Positions 14,992-23,641 of a stretch of DNA of 32,000 bases are shown one piece after another. The stretch covers positions 420,001 to 452,000 of the forward strand of contig NC_014972.1 in NCBI RefSeq assembly GCF_000186885.1. The letters run 5' to 3'. The notes below the pieces were generated by a model, which worked only from the letters and a program-made list of their open reading frames with translations, ran no database searches and had not been told where the DNA came from. The position numbers and the translations under genes are program-made. Numbering within the stretch: position 1 is the stretch's first letter; every line of letters begins with the position of its first letter. This stretch comes from Desulfobulbus propionicus DSM 2032. GTDB taxonomy: Bacteria; Desulfobacterota; Desulfobulbia; Desulfobulbales; Desulfobulbaceae.

Positions 14992-17667
14992 GTGCAGCCT
15001 CCGACCGCCCTCCCGAGCACCCGGGGGCTGCACTTTTATTCTCCTCATCGCATGGCATCCTCCAGGCATCATTCTTCCCCCAGCGAACATACCGCTTATT
15101 TGGCAGCCAGGGCTGCCGGATGCGCCCATCGGGAGTATTGTCTCACCTCGGCGAGCACAACCATCGGACGCGATGGCACCCTCTGCGACATTGTCCTTAC
15201 CGGCGCCACTGTCTCGCGCCGCCACGCCTGCTTATCTCGAACGGGTGAAACCGACTATCAGCTCCACGATCTCCAGTCCACCAACGGAGTATTTGTCAAC
15301 GGCGAGCGGATTAAGGGTTCGCGCTTTCTGCGTGATGGCGACCTGATCGGGCTTGGCACCGCCCTGCCGCATCTGCGTTTCCAATATCACAGCATCCGGG
15401 AACCGCATCACCTGATTCTGCCACCCCAGGCCCAGTGGCTGATCGGCCGGGCTCCCCACTGCGATCTCTCCCTGCCCTTCGAGCCAACGGTCAGCTCCCA
15501 CCATGCCACCCTCAGTAGCCAAGATGGCACACTGCGAATCGCCGACGCCCACAGCCTCAATGGAACCTGGGTCAACGGCTCGAACCGGTTCAAGGCGTTC
15601 CTTGCCCCCGACGACACCGTGGTCATCGGGTCCACGCATTTCCAGTTCCGTCTCCGGGAGGACGGTTCGCTGTCCGTGCTCCAACGGGAATATGGCCAGT
15701 CGGTCAAACTGGAATGTGTCGGTCTCCACCGCACCGCCCCGCGTGCGAACGGCACGGCGAGAATGCTGCTCAACGACATCACTCTGAGCATTGAACCCGG
15801 CGAATTTGTAGGTATTCTCGGCCCTTCGGGCGCGGGCAAGACTACCCTGCTCACCGCCCTCAATGGTTTCAGCCGTCCGGACCGGGGGTGGGTGCTGTGC
15901 AACGAGACGCCCATGGACAGCGCCTCGGCCCTGTTCCGCAACACCATCGGCTATGTGCCCCAGGATGATATTCTCCACCGGGAGTTGAGCGTGCAGGCCA
16001 GCCTTGAATATGTCGCCCGCCTGCGGTTGTCGCCGGATCTTTCTCCACGCCAACGTGCCGAGATCATCGACAACACGATCGAAACCCTTGGATTGCACCC
16101 GGTGCGGCACCTGCCGATCGACCAACTGAGCGGCGGCCAGCGAAAACGGGTGTCCATCGGCGCGGAGCTGCTGGTTCGCCCAAGCCTGCTCTTCCTCGAC
16201 GAGCCCACCTCAGGACTGGATCCCAGCACCGAGGACCGGCTGATGCATCACTTCCGGGACATGGCCGACCACGGCACCACGGTGATCATTACCACCCACC
16301 TGCTCGACAACCTCGACCTGCTGGACAAGGTGGTGATTCTCGCCCAGGGACGGGTGGTCTTCTTCGGCGCCCCCTCCGAGGCCCTAACCTTCTTCGGCAC
16401 GGAGCAGCAGCCCCTTGCCCGGGCAACCGGTATCTTCGCCGTGCTCACCGAGGCGGACACCCCGTCCTCGGCAGCGGCATCCTCCTGGAAAGGGCAGGAG
16501 GAGATCGCCACCCATCATGCCGCCCGTTTCCTCGCCTCTCCCTGGTTTCGGCAACATATCGAACAGCGGCTTTCGCCGGCAGCCCACGCGTGCATGGCCA
16601 TGGATACCGCCTCCCCCTCTCGGCCGCTAGCACGGCTGCGCACCCTGTGGGCCGATCGTTCACGGCGCGGCCATGGTTTTTCTCCTGGCGAATGGCTGCG
16701 TTCCTGGTGCATTCTTTCGCGTCGCCACCTGCACATCCGTGCCAGTGCCGGCAAACGGCTGCTGCTGTTCCTGCTCATTCCCATGGCGCTGGCCCTGGTG
16801 ACCCTGTCGCAGCATATCCCTGGCGTGGCCAGCGACGCGGTAGTGGCGGAACGGAGGGCCGAAATAGAGGCCCTGGTTGCCCCAGGCGGCGCCCTGATGG
16901 ACACGCAGCTCAAGCTCCTCCTGTCTCCGGCCGGCATTGGCGAAACCCGTTCGGGCGCTGAATTGCTCCACGCCCTGCGTTACGAAGGCATCGCGCATTT
17001 GCCGGTTCCCATGAGCGTCTTGCTGATGATCGTCATGACCGCCGTGTTTTCCGGCACCCTGATCGCCTGTCAGGAAATTTCCACCGAGCGGTCGATTTAC
17101 CTCCGGGAGCGGATGTCCCATCTGCGCATCCTGCCGTACCTTGGGGCGAAAATGCCTTTTTGCCTGGGGCTTGCCGCCCTGCAGTGCCTGATCTTTCTCT
17201 CCCTGTGCTGGCTCAACCCCGCCCTGCGCCAGGCGGATTTCTTTCCGGTCTGGCTGACCATGGTCGCCGTGGCCTGGAGTTCGGTGGCCATTGGGCTGAC
17301 CCTGAGCGCTGTTGATCCGACCGGCGGCCGGTTGTCGGTGATGCTGACCGTGGCCGTGGTCCTGCCGCAGTTGCTGCTTTCCGGCGGCCTCGGTCCTGAT
17401 TTTTACGGGCGCATGCACGGCCCGCTGCGCCTGGCGGCGGATCTGCTGCCGGCCCGCTGGGGGCTGGAGATGGTGTGCACCGCGCTGTTCGATACACTCA
17501 AGGGCGAGGGCGCGCGATGGATTCCAGCCTTTGTCCGTGAGGTGATAGGTTTTGACTTCGGCCAGGGCGTCTATTATAGTGGCATGATCTTTCTGTTGGC
17601 TCAATTCCTGCTTTGGGTGCTGTTCTGCACAGGATTCCTGACTTACCGCGATAGACGATCATGTTGA
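14992..17667 (+). CDS. ABC transporter fusion: two N-terminal FHA domains, ABCG-type ATPase, ABC-2 membrane domain
   Basis: FHA cores SRRHACLSR...STNGVFVNGERI and LIGRAPHCDLSLP...VSSHHATL...SLNGTWVNGS; Walker A GPSGAGKT, signature LSGGQRKRVSIGAEL, Walker B LLFLDEPTSGLD; C-terminal TM helices. GTG start. Confidence 0.9.
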   Translation: MQPPTALPSTRGLHFYSPHRMASSRHHSSPSEHTAYLAARAAGCAHREYCLTSASTTIGRDGTLCDIVLTGATVSRRHACLSRTGETDYQLHDLQSTNGVFVNGERIKGSRFLRDGDLIGLGTALPHLRFQYHSIREPHHLILPPQAQWLIGRAPHCDLSLPFEPTVSSHHATLSSQDGTLRIADAHSLNGTWVNGSNRFKAFLAPDDTVVIGSTHFQFRLREDGSLSVLQREYGQSVKLECVGLHRTAPRANGTARMLLNDITLSIEPGEFVGILGPSGAGKTTLLTALNGFSRPDRGWVLCNETPMDSASALFRNTIGYVPQDDILHRELSVQASLEYVARLRLSPDLSPRQRAEIIDNTIETLGLHPVRHLPIDQLSGGQRKRVSIGAELLVRPSLLFLDEPTSGLDPSTEDRLMHHFRDMADHGTTVIITTHLLDNLDLLDKVVILAQGRVVFFGAPSEALTFFGTEQQPLARATGIFAVLTEADTPSSAAASSWKGQEEIATHHAARFLASPWFRQHIEQRLSPAAHACMAMDTASPSRPLARLRTLWADRSRRGHGFSPGEWLRSWCILSRRHLHIRASAGKRLLLFLLIPMALALVTLSQHIPGVASDAVVAERRAEIEALVAPGGALMDTQLKLLLSPAGIGETRSGAELLHALRYEGIAHLPVPMSVLLMIVMTAVFSGTLIACQEISTERSIYLRERMSHLRILPYLGAKMPFCLGLAALQCLIFLSLCWLNPALRQADFFPVWLTMVAVAWSSVAIGLTLSAVDPTGGRLSVMLTVAVVLPQLLLSGGLGPDFYGRMHGPLRLAADLLPARWGLEMVCTALFDTLKGEGARWIPAFVREVIGFDFGQGVYYSGMIFLLAQFLLWVLFCTGFLTYRDRRSC

Positions 17668-19085
17668 ACGACGACATCCAGACGCTGATCGACCCCAGCG
17701 TTGTCCAGCCGCTCAAGGCCGTGGCGGTCAGCGACAGTGGCGTGCTGATCGCCGACCGGTATCGGATGCTGCGACCGCTTGGCGAAGGAGGCATGGGCAA
17801 TGTCTACTTGGCCGAGGATCTGGTGTTGGCGCGGCGCGTGGCGATCAAGACCATTCGGCCGGAGTTGAGCGGCAACGAAGAGATCCGCTCGCGCATCAAG
17901 CGTGAATGCCGCATGCATGCGGCCATTGGCGTCCATCCCCATATCATCACCCTCTACGACTCGGTCGAGGAAAACGGGCATATCTACCTGGTGATGGAGT
18001 ATTTTGCCGGCGAGACCCTGGCCGCTCGGCTTGCCTCGCAAACTGGCGAGCAAGGCCTCCCGCTGGACCAGACGCTCGATATCGTCCGCCAGGTACTCCG
18101 CGCCTTGGCCTGCATCCATGACCAGGGGATCGTCCATCGCGACATCAAGACCGCCAACATCCTCCTCCAGCAGGGGACCGACGGCAATCTGCGCGTCAAG
18201 CTCGCCGATTTCGGCATTGCCCGGGCGGGGATGGCGGCGCAAACCGTGACCCGCCTGACCGCTCTGGATGTTCAAGGGCCGGGGACGCCGGTGTACATGG
18301 CGCCGGAGCGGATCGACCCGCAGACCTTCGGCGGGGTCTGTCCCGCTTCGGACCTTTACGCGGTGGGCATCATCCTCTTTGAACTGCTCACCGGACACCC
18401 CCCCTTCACCGGCTCCATGACCGAGATTTTTTCCGGCCATCTGGTCCAGCCGCCGTGCCTGGACCGCCTGCCAGCCACGCTTCCCCCCACGGTACTGGCG
18501 GTTCTTCGCACCGCCTTGGCCAAACAGCCATCGGAGCGGTTTCAGCGCGCCCAGAGCTTTCTTGAAACCTTGGAGGGGGGGCACCCGAGCTTGGACCATG
18601 CCTTCATTCCGCCCCGGGCACCCTCCCACCCGCCGGTTCACGCTCAGACGCTCTTGGCCGTGTCGGCGGAACCGACGGCGCAAAGCGAGTCCGTTACCCT
18701 ACTGAACCCGTCGTGCGGGGCTGGCCGTGGCTCAGATCCTTCGCGGCGATGGCGGCAAGGGTTGATGTATGCGGCACTGGCCTGCGTGCTGGTGCTTGTC
18801 AGCGGATGGTATCTGTACGATCATTTTGTCACCCCATCCTTGACCGCCTCTGCGCCCGTCAACAGCCAAGAAATCACCACGACGGGATCCGAAAAGGACA
18901 CGGTTGCCGTCCCTGCCAGCGTTCCGGACGACATCGAGGCGGCCAAAACCGTCACCGCCTTGCAGACGTTGGAAAAGGTCCGGCAGCAAAAAACCATCGA
19001 ATCCATGGCCGCCGCCGAGCGCCCCGGGGGCAATCCGGCAAACGAGTGGCAGGTGATCGAAGACCGCTCGCGAAGAATACGCTGA
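17661..19085 (+). CDS. Membrane-anchored Ser/Thr protein kinase (PknB-like)
   Basis: YRMLRPLGEGGMGNVYLAEDLVLARRVAIKTI, IVHRDIKTANILL, VKLADFGIARAG, YMAPERI, then TM GLMYAALACVLVLVSGWYLYD. Confidence 0.93.
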   Translation: MLNDDIQTLIDPSVVQPLKAVAVSDSGVLIADRYRMLRPLGEGGMGNVYLAEDLVLARRVAIKTIRPELSGNEEIRSRIKRECRMHAAIGVHPHIITLYDSVEENGHIYLVMEYFAGETLAARLASQTGEQGLPLDQTLDIVRQVLRALACIHDQGIVHRDIKTANILLQQGTDGNLRVKLADFGIARAGMAAQTVTRLTALDVQGPGTPVYMAPERIDPQTFGGVCPASDLYAVGIILFELLTGHPPFTGSMTEIFSGHLVQPPCLDRLPATLPPTVLAVLRTALAKQPSERFQRAQSFLETLEGGHPSLDHAFIPPRAPSHPPVHAQTLLAVSAEPTAQSESVTLLNPSCGAGRGSDPSRRWRQGLMYAALACVLVLVSGWYLYDHFVTPSLTASAPVNSQEITTTGSEKDTVAVPASVPDDIEAAKTVTALQTLEKVRQQKTIESMAAAERPGGNPANEWQVIEDRSRRIR

Positions 19086-19099
19086 CCCACCCTTTGCTC

Positions 19100-19657
19100 A
19101 TGTCAGGTAAATTGGTCCTCGTTGTTCTTGCTGTCGGCAGCTTGCTTCTTGGCGGCTGCGCGCCCCTGGTGTTCACCGCCGGGGCCGGAACCGGATACGT
19201 GGCGACGCAGGATAAACCGCGGAACAAGATCGAGGCCTTTTTTGACGATCTGGCCAGATCAATCCGGCAAACGACCCGCAAGATCACCGGGGCTCCCCCC
19301 AGCCGGCGGAAAAGCACCGCCAAGCCGACGTCCACATTGCAGCTGGCCATTCAAAAAGCCACTCTCTCCCCGGCCAAGGTCCGCACCGGCGATCAAATTA
19401 CCCTGACCCTGCGCTACAGCATTGCCGGTGCGCCGAAAAAAGGGATCCAGGTTCGAGAGAAAAGTTCCTTGTCCAAGGACGGCAAGACGTTGAGTCTCTT
19501 GAAGGACGAATCCTCGCAACGGGAAAACGGGGTGTGGGAAAATACCTTGTCTTTCGCGGTCCCCCAATCGGCTAAACCGGGCAGCTACACTGTGACCATG
19601 CGGATCAGCGCCCAAGGCCTGAACCGGAACGTCCGAAAGACCTTTACCGTCCAGTGA
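19100..19657 (+). CDS. Lipoprotein with C-terminal beta-rich (Ig/macroglobulin-like) region
   Basis: MSGKLVLVVLAVGSLLLGGCAPL lipobox LGGC; start is internal to the longer track ORF 18713..19657, which overlaps the kinase gene. Confidence 0.65.
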   Translation: MSGKLVLVVLAVGSLLLGGCAPLVFTAGAGTGYVATQDKPRNKIEAFFDDLARSIRQTTRKITGAPPSRRKSTAKPTSTLQLAIQKATLSPAKVRTGDQITLTLRYSIAGAPKKGIQVREKSSLSKDGKTLSLLKDESSQRENGVWENTLSFAVPQSAKPGSYTVTMRISAQGLNRNVRKTFTVQ

Positions 19658-19713
19658 GGATCATGCGGGTGTTCCGGTTGCGCATCTCCAGTCCTGGCGA
19701 ACGGAGCTGAACC

Positions 19714-20514
19714 ATGGAGCTCCTTGAGGGGCATTGCCGCATGGGCGGTTTCCAGGTCGTCTATGCCGGGGCAACCGATCCGGGGCGAGTGCGTCGCTGC
19801 AATGAAGACAATCTGCTGATCTATCCCGAAGCCGGCGTCTTTGCCGTGGCCGACGGGCTGGGTGGGTTGGATGCGGGAGATGTTGCCAGCAGCACGGCGC
19901 TCGCGCATCTGCGAGAGCTTGTCCCGACCCCTTTCGCCGGCAACAGGTTTTTTGCCTTGTTCAACGACAAACACCCATTGCGGCAACTTGAAGCGGTGGT
20001 GGCCGCGGTCAATCGCCGAACCTATGAGCATCGAATGACCCTGGGCAAGAACATGGCCACCACCTTGGCCATGGTGCAGCTGCGAGGCGACAAGGTCGTG
20101 CTTGCCCACGTCGGTGACAGCCGCGTCTATCGCTGGCGCGACAATGCATTGCACTGTCTCACCAGCGACCATTCCTTGGTCAATGAACTGGTGCGGAAAG
20201 GGGCCTTGACTGCTTCCCAGGCCAGACAGTCCTCCCAGCGCCACGTCATCACCCGCGCGGTCGGCGCGGAACCGACCGTCATGCCCACCTTGCAACAACA
20301 GCCGCTGGCGGTAGGCGACATCCTGCTGCTGTGCACCGACGGGTTGACCAGTATGCTGTCGGACAGGGACATCGGTCAATGCCTTGGTAACGCGGCCACC
20401 ACCATCGGCGGCAGCGTGGCGCAACTCATCACCTTGGCCAACCAAGCTGGTGGGCATGACAACATCACCGTGGTGGGCGTGATCCTGCTGCCGATAGAAG
20501 AGAAGTCGGATTGA
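19714..20514 (+). CDS. PP2C-family Ser/Thr protein phosphatase
   Basis: GATDPGRVRRCNEDNLLIYPEAGVFAVADGLGGLDAGDVAS, VVLAHVGDSRVYRWRD, LLLCTDGLTSMLSD, GGHDNITVV. Confidence 0.93.
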   Translation: MELLEGHCRMGGFQVVYAGATDPGRVRRCNEDNLLIYPEAGVFAVADGLGGLDAGDVASSTALAHLRELVPTPFAGNRFFALFNDKHPLRQLEAVVAAVNRRTYEHRMTLGKNMATTLAMVQLRGDKVVLAHVGDSRVYRWRDNALHCLTSDHSLVNELVRKGALTASQARQSSQRHVITRAVGAEPTVMPTLQQQPLAVGDILLLCTDGLTSMLSDRDIGQCLGNAATTIGGSVAQLITLANQAGGHDNITVVGVILLPIEEKSD

Positions 20515-20542
20515 TTTGTCGGCTTGTGCGCGAACGGAAAAG

Positions 20543-20574
20543 AAAAAAGGCGTTCCAATGGAACGCCTTTTTTT
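20543..20574. terminator. Bidirectional Rho-independent terminator
   Basis: AAAAAAGGCGTTCC-AAT-GGAACGCCTTTTTT, perfect 14-bp stem between convergent genes. Confidence 0.92.
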
Positions 20575-20594
20575 AATGACAGGATGTCAGCGGA

Positions 20595-21956
20595 TCAGGC
20601 GTGTTTTTTCTCGGGAGCTTTCAGCGTCATGAGGATGACGACCGCCACAGCGAGAACGACCGCCGAAACCACGAACGGCACGAAGAAGGAGCCGGTCATG
20701 GCCTGAAGCTTACCACCCGCGTAGGGGCCGCAGAAACCGGCGACACCCCAGGCAGTGAACAGCAGACCATAGTTGGACCCTTGATGGGTCGGGCCGTAGT
20801 ACTGCAGCAGGGTGGCCGGGAACAGGGTGAACATCGAACCATAGTTCCAGCCGATCAGACCGGCGCAGGCGGCCAGCATGGCGGCACTCTTGCCAGCGGG
20901 GAAGAGCAGCAGCATGGCAACGGTCTGCAGGATGAAGAGCACGACGAAGATCTGCTTGGTGCCGATCTTGTCAGCCAGCGGACCGACCATGATACGAACT
21001 GCGGCATTGAAGATGGCCAAGGTGCTGGGCGCGCCTGCCGCAGCCAGGGCTATCTTCTTGGCCTCGTCCGGCGGGATGTCGGCGATCGCCTTGAGTCCAT
21101 TCTTGGTGATGAAGTCGAGGGACATGGCGTCGATACCGTGCTTGGCAATCAGGCCGATGACCATGAGGCCGGCAAAGGAACCACAGAAGTAGGCCACCCA
21201 CAGCAGCCAGAATTGCGGTGAGCTCTTGGTCTCTTCGTAGGTATAATCGCGGTAGGCCTTGGGGGCGCCAGCGCCACCGGCGGGGGCGGGCGGATTCCAG
21301 CCGGCCGGTTTGTATCCTGCCGGCGGCACTTTCAAGCAGAGGGCAGCCATGACGACCATCACAGCCATAACCATGCCGACATATTTAAAGACAGGCAGGG
21401 CGCTGCCAAAATGGTTGATCATACCAGTGGCCAACGGAGCCATGATGAACGAACCGAGGCCGAGGCCGACAACGGTGAAGCCGGTGGCCAGGGCACGTTT
21501 GTCCGGCCACCACTTGGGCGCGGTGGCGATGGGCGGCAGGTAGACCATGGCGCCGCCGATACCACAGATGACACCATAATAGAGGTAGAGCAGCCAGAGA
21601 CCTTTTTTAGCGGCGGCCAAGGCGGTTGGATCCTTCGCAGCAAGGAGGGCTGGGTCGGGAGGGGTGATGGTGGACACCATGAAGAAACCGAAGGCCATGA
21701 AAAGGCCGCCGAAAAGAACAACGTTCCGGGGGCCGATCTTGTCGCTGATCCGACCGGCGGGGAAGGTGAGCAAACCAAAGATCAGACAGATGAGGGCGTA
21801 TGCCATGGCAACTTCTGGCACCGTCCAACCGAACTGTTTCATGAGAGGTTTGATGAAAACACTAAAAGCATACAACAGTAAACCGCAAGTGGTGCTGCCT
21901 AAAAGACCTCCAAGCAATGGAATCCATCGTGGAAAAGTAGTTTGTGTTTGAGACAT
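20595..21956 (-). CDS. MFS transporter, oxalate:formate antiporter (OFA)-like
   Basis: About 12 TM segments; [18 protein letters not shown] loop and [43 protein letters not shown]. Confidence 0.8.
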   Translation of the reverse strand: MSQTQTTFPRWIPLLGGLLGSTTCGLLLYAFSVFIKPLMKQFGWTVPEVAMAYALICLIFGLLTFPAGRISDKIGPRNVVLFGGLFMAFGFFMVSTITPPDPALLAAKDPTALAAAKKGLWLLYLYYGVICGIGGAMVYLPPIATAPKWWPDKRALATGFTVVGLGLGSFIMAPLATGMINHFGSALPVFKYVGMVMAVMVVMAALCLKVPPAGYKPAGWNPPAPAGGAGAPKAYRDYTYEETKSSPQFWLLWVAYFCGSFAGLMVIGLIAKHGIDAMSLDFITKNGLKAIADIPPDEAKKIALAAAGAPSTLAIFNAAVRIMVGPLADKIGTKQIFVVLFILQTVAMLLLFPAGKSAAMLAACAGLIGWNYGSMFTLFPATLLQYYGPTHQGSNYGLLFTAWGVAGFCGPYAGGKLQAMTGSFFVPFVVSAVVLAVAVVILMTLKAPEKKHA

Positions 21957-22447
21957 TTATGCACTCCCCCTTCATTGTAGTTTTGTTGAACTGCTTGTTG
22001 CAACTAGTTCGTCCTAACTGCGAATGATGTTTTCTCTTCCTCCTTTTTTGCTGAATATTCTTAGGGTTGTCTGTCTATTCCTTGGCCTCTACGCAATGTA
22101 GCGGTGACTATAAATGAGAAGGAAAATGCTGTCAATGAACAAAATCAAGGCGTTCATGGCAATTTTTGCCATTTTTTCATGGAGTTTCCCTTTAAGGAGG
22201 CCAAATAATGACGCGCCATTCATCCTGAACAGCCAACAGATTCGCATGCTTCCATTGGCCCCCTTGGATCGAAACCCAGTGGAGGTGCATCTCCTTTTCG
22301 CCAGGAGAAAAAATATAATAAATACTGGGAAGAAAGAGATGTGGGCAAAAAACCGCAAGTGGTCGAGGCTTGCCGCGTGTTGCCGCTGACCGGCAGATGC
22401 CGGTCAAGGCGACAGGGATGGATCGGAGAGGGACCGGGGCGATCGGA

Positions 22448-23485
22448 TCAACGGGAAGACGTTCGATCCAGATCCTCGAGAAGACGCCGCACGGCCTGTT
22501 CCTTGGCCTTGGCCTCGACTTCGACGGTGATCCGCAGGGAACGCCAGCAATCGGGCAGGTCGCACGGGTCTATGAAATCGTGGTGGGGCCGGGGATTGGC
22601 GCTGTGCCAACCGTCCCTTGGGCTGGACAGGTGAAAGAGCGGTTCCCTGGTCCAGGTGGCCAGGGCCTGTTCGGTGACCTGTTCGACACGTAGCCCATCG
22701 GCGAGGCAGCGGTGATGATGGACATCGTACACAAAGGGGAGGCCGGTTGCCCCACAAACCGGCAGCAGGTCAGCCGGCGTGTAGATGCGATCGTCGTTTT
22801 CCAGGGCCAGTCGCGAACGTACCGGGTCTGACAAACATTCCACGGCGGTGCGCAGCCGTTGCAACGCCGCCGCCTTGTCACCGTAGGCGCCACCGCCATG
22901 GAGAGTGATCACATCGGCGCCAATCCATCGCGCCGCCTCGGCATGATACTCCAACTCGGCGAGCGACCGGACGAGAACGCCGGCATCCGGCGAGGACAGC
23001 AGCGTGAACTGGTCGGGATGAAAACTCAGGCGAATGTTGTGCTGCCGCGCCAGGGCCGCCGCCTGGCGATACGTCTGTTCGATGGCGGCATGGTCGGGTA
23101 GTTCGGCCAGGGCGTAGCCCTGCTGGGGATGGGTTTTCAAGGGGAAGATGCGGCTGTTGACCCGGAACGCGCCGATACGGTTGCGGGAACAGTAGACGAT
23201 GGCCGCCTGCAGGGCCTGGCCGTTGGCCAGAACCGTGTCCGCAAGGAGGGCCAGCTGCCGGGCGCGGTCAAACTTCGCCAGGTATGCGGCCTGGCGGATG
23301 GCGAAACGAATCGGCTCCTCCTTGAACAGACAGCAGAGCCCCCAACGAATCCGTTCATATCCTCGTCCTCCCTTGCTGTCGTCGTGACCAACGGAAGGCG
23401 CGTGCTGTTGCCGCATGCGGGTTTTTCCTCCGGTGATTGTTGCCTGCCAGCCGCTTGGCCGATTCCCGGAACCGGGAGTCTGCAA
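22448..23485 (-). CDS. uvsE: UV damage endonuclease (UVDE/UvsE family)
   Basis: TIM-barrel signatures NIRLSFHPDQFTLLSS, ADVITLHGGGAYGDK, RLALENDDRIYTPADLLPVC and PFVYDVHHH; true start probably a downstream Met (MRQQHAPS... or later). Confidence 0.88.
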   Translation of the reverse strand: MQTPGSGNRPSGWQATITGGKTRMRQQHAPSVGHDDSKGGRGYERIRWGLCCLFKEEPIRFAIRQAAYLAKFDRARQLALLADTVLANGQALQAAIVYCSRNRIGAFRVNSRIFPLKTHPQQGYALAELPDHAAIEQTYRQAAALARQHNIRLSFHPDQFTLLSSPDAGVLVRSLAELEYHAEAARWIGADVITLHGGGAYGDKAAALQRLRTAVECLSDPVRSRLALENDDRIYTPADLLPVCGATGLPFVYDVHHHRCLADGLRVEQVTEQALATWTREPLFHLSSPRDGWHSANPRPHHDFIDPCDLPDCWRSLRITVEVEAKAKEQAVRRLLEDLDRTSSR

Positions 23486-23641
23486 GAAAAAGCGTGTTTG
23501 CGGGGTTGAGCAAACAGCTTGTGGCCGCCCCTGCCGTTACCCCGTGATCGCCGCGGGACTCTGCTTGCGTTGAGGGCCAGGCTCCACTATCATACAACGA
23601 CATCGAAGGCTGAACACAACAACTTTTTGCCGGAGCGCGCC

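Noticed and set aside
13856-15058. 400 aa minus-strand ORF
   Set aside because: Fully antisense to the VWA gene in GC-rich DNA; the translation has no recognisable domain and shadows the real codon pattern.
17643-18683. 346 aa minus-strand ORF
   Set aside because: Antisense shadow of the Ser/Thr kinase gene.
18713-19099. N-terminal extension of the lipoprotein ORF in the track
   Set aside because: Overlaps the kinase gene; the ATG at 19100 immediately gives a good lipoprotein signal peptide.
14992-20514. Kinase + FHA + phosphatase + ATPase as a possible anti-phage defence system
   Set aside because: No nuclease, helicase or typical defence effector. The genes continue from a sigma-54-controlled secretion/adhesin-like operon, so a surface-structure role fits better.
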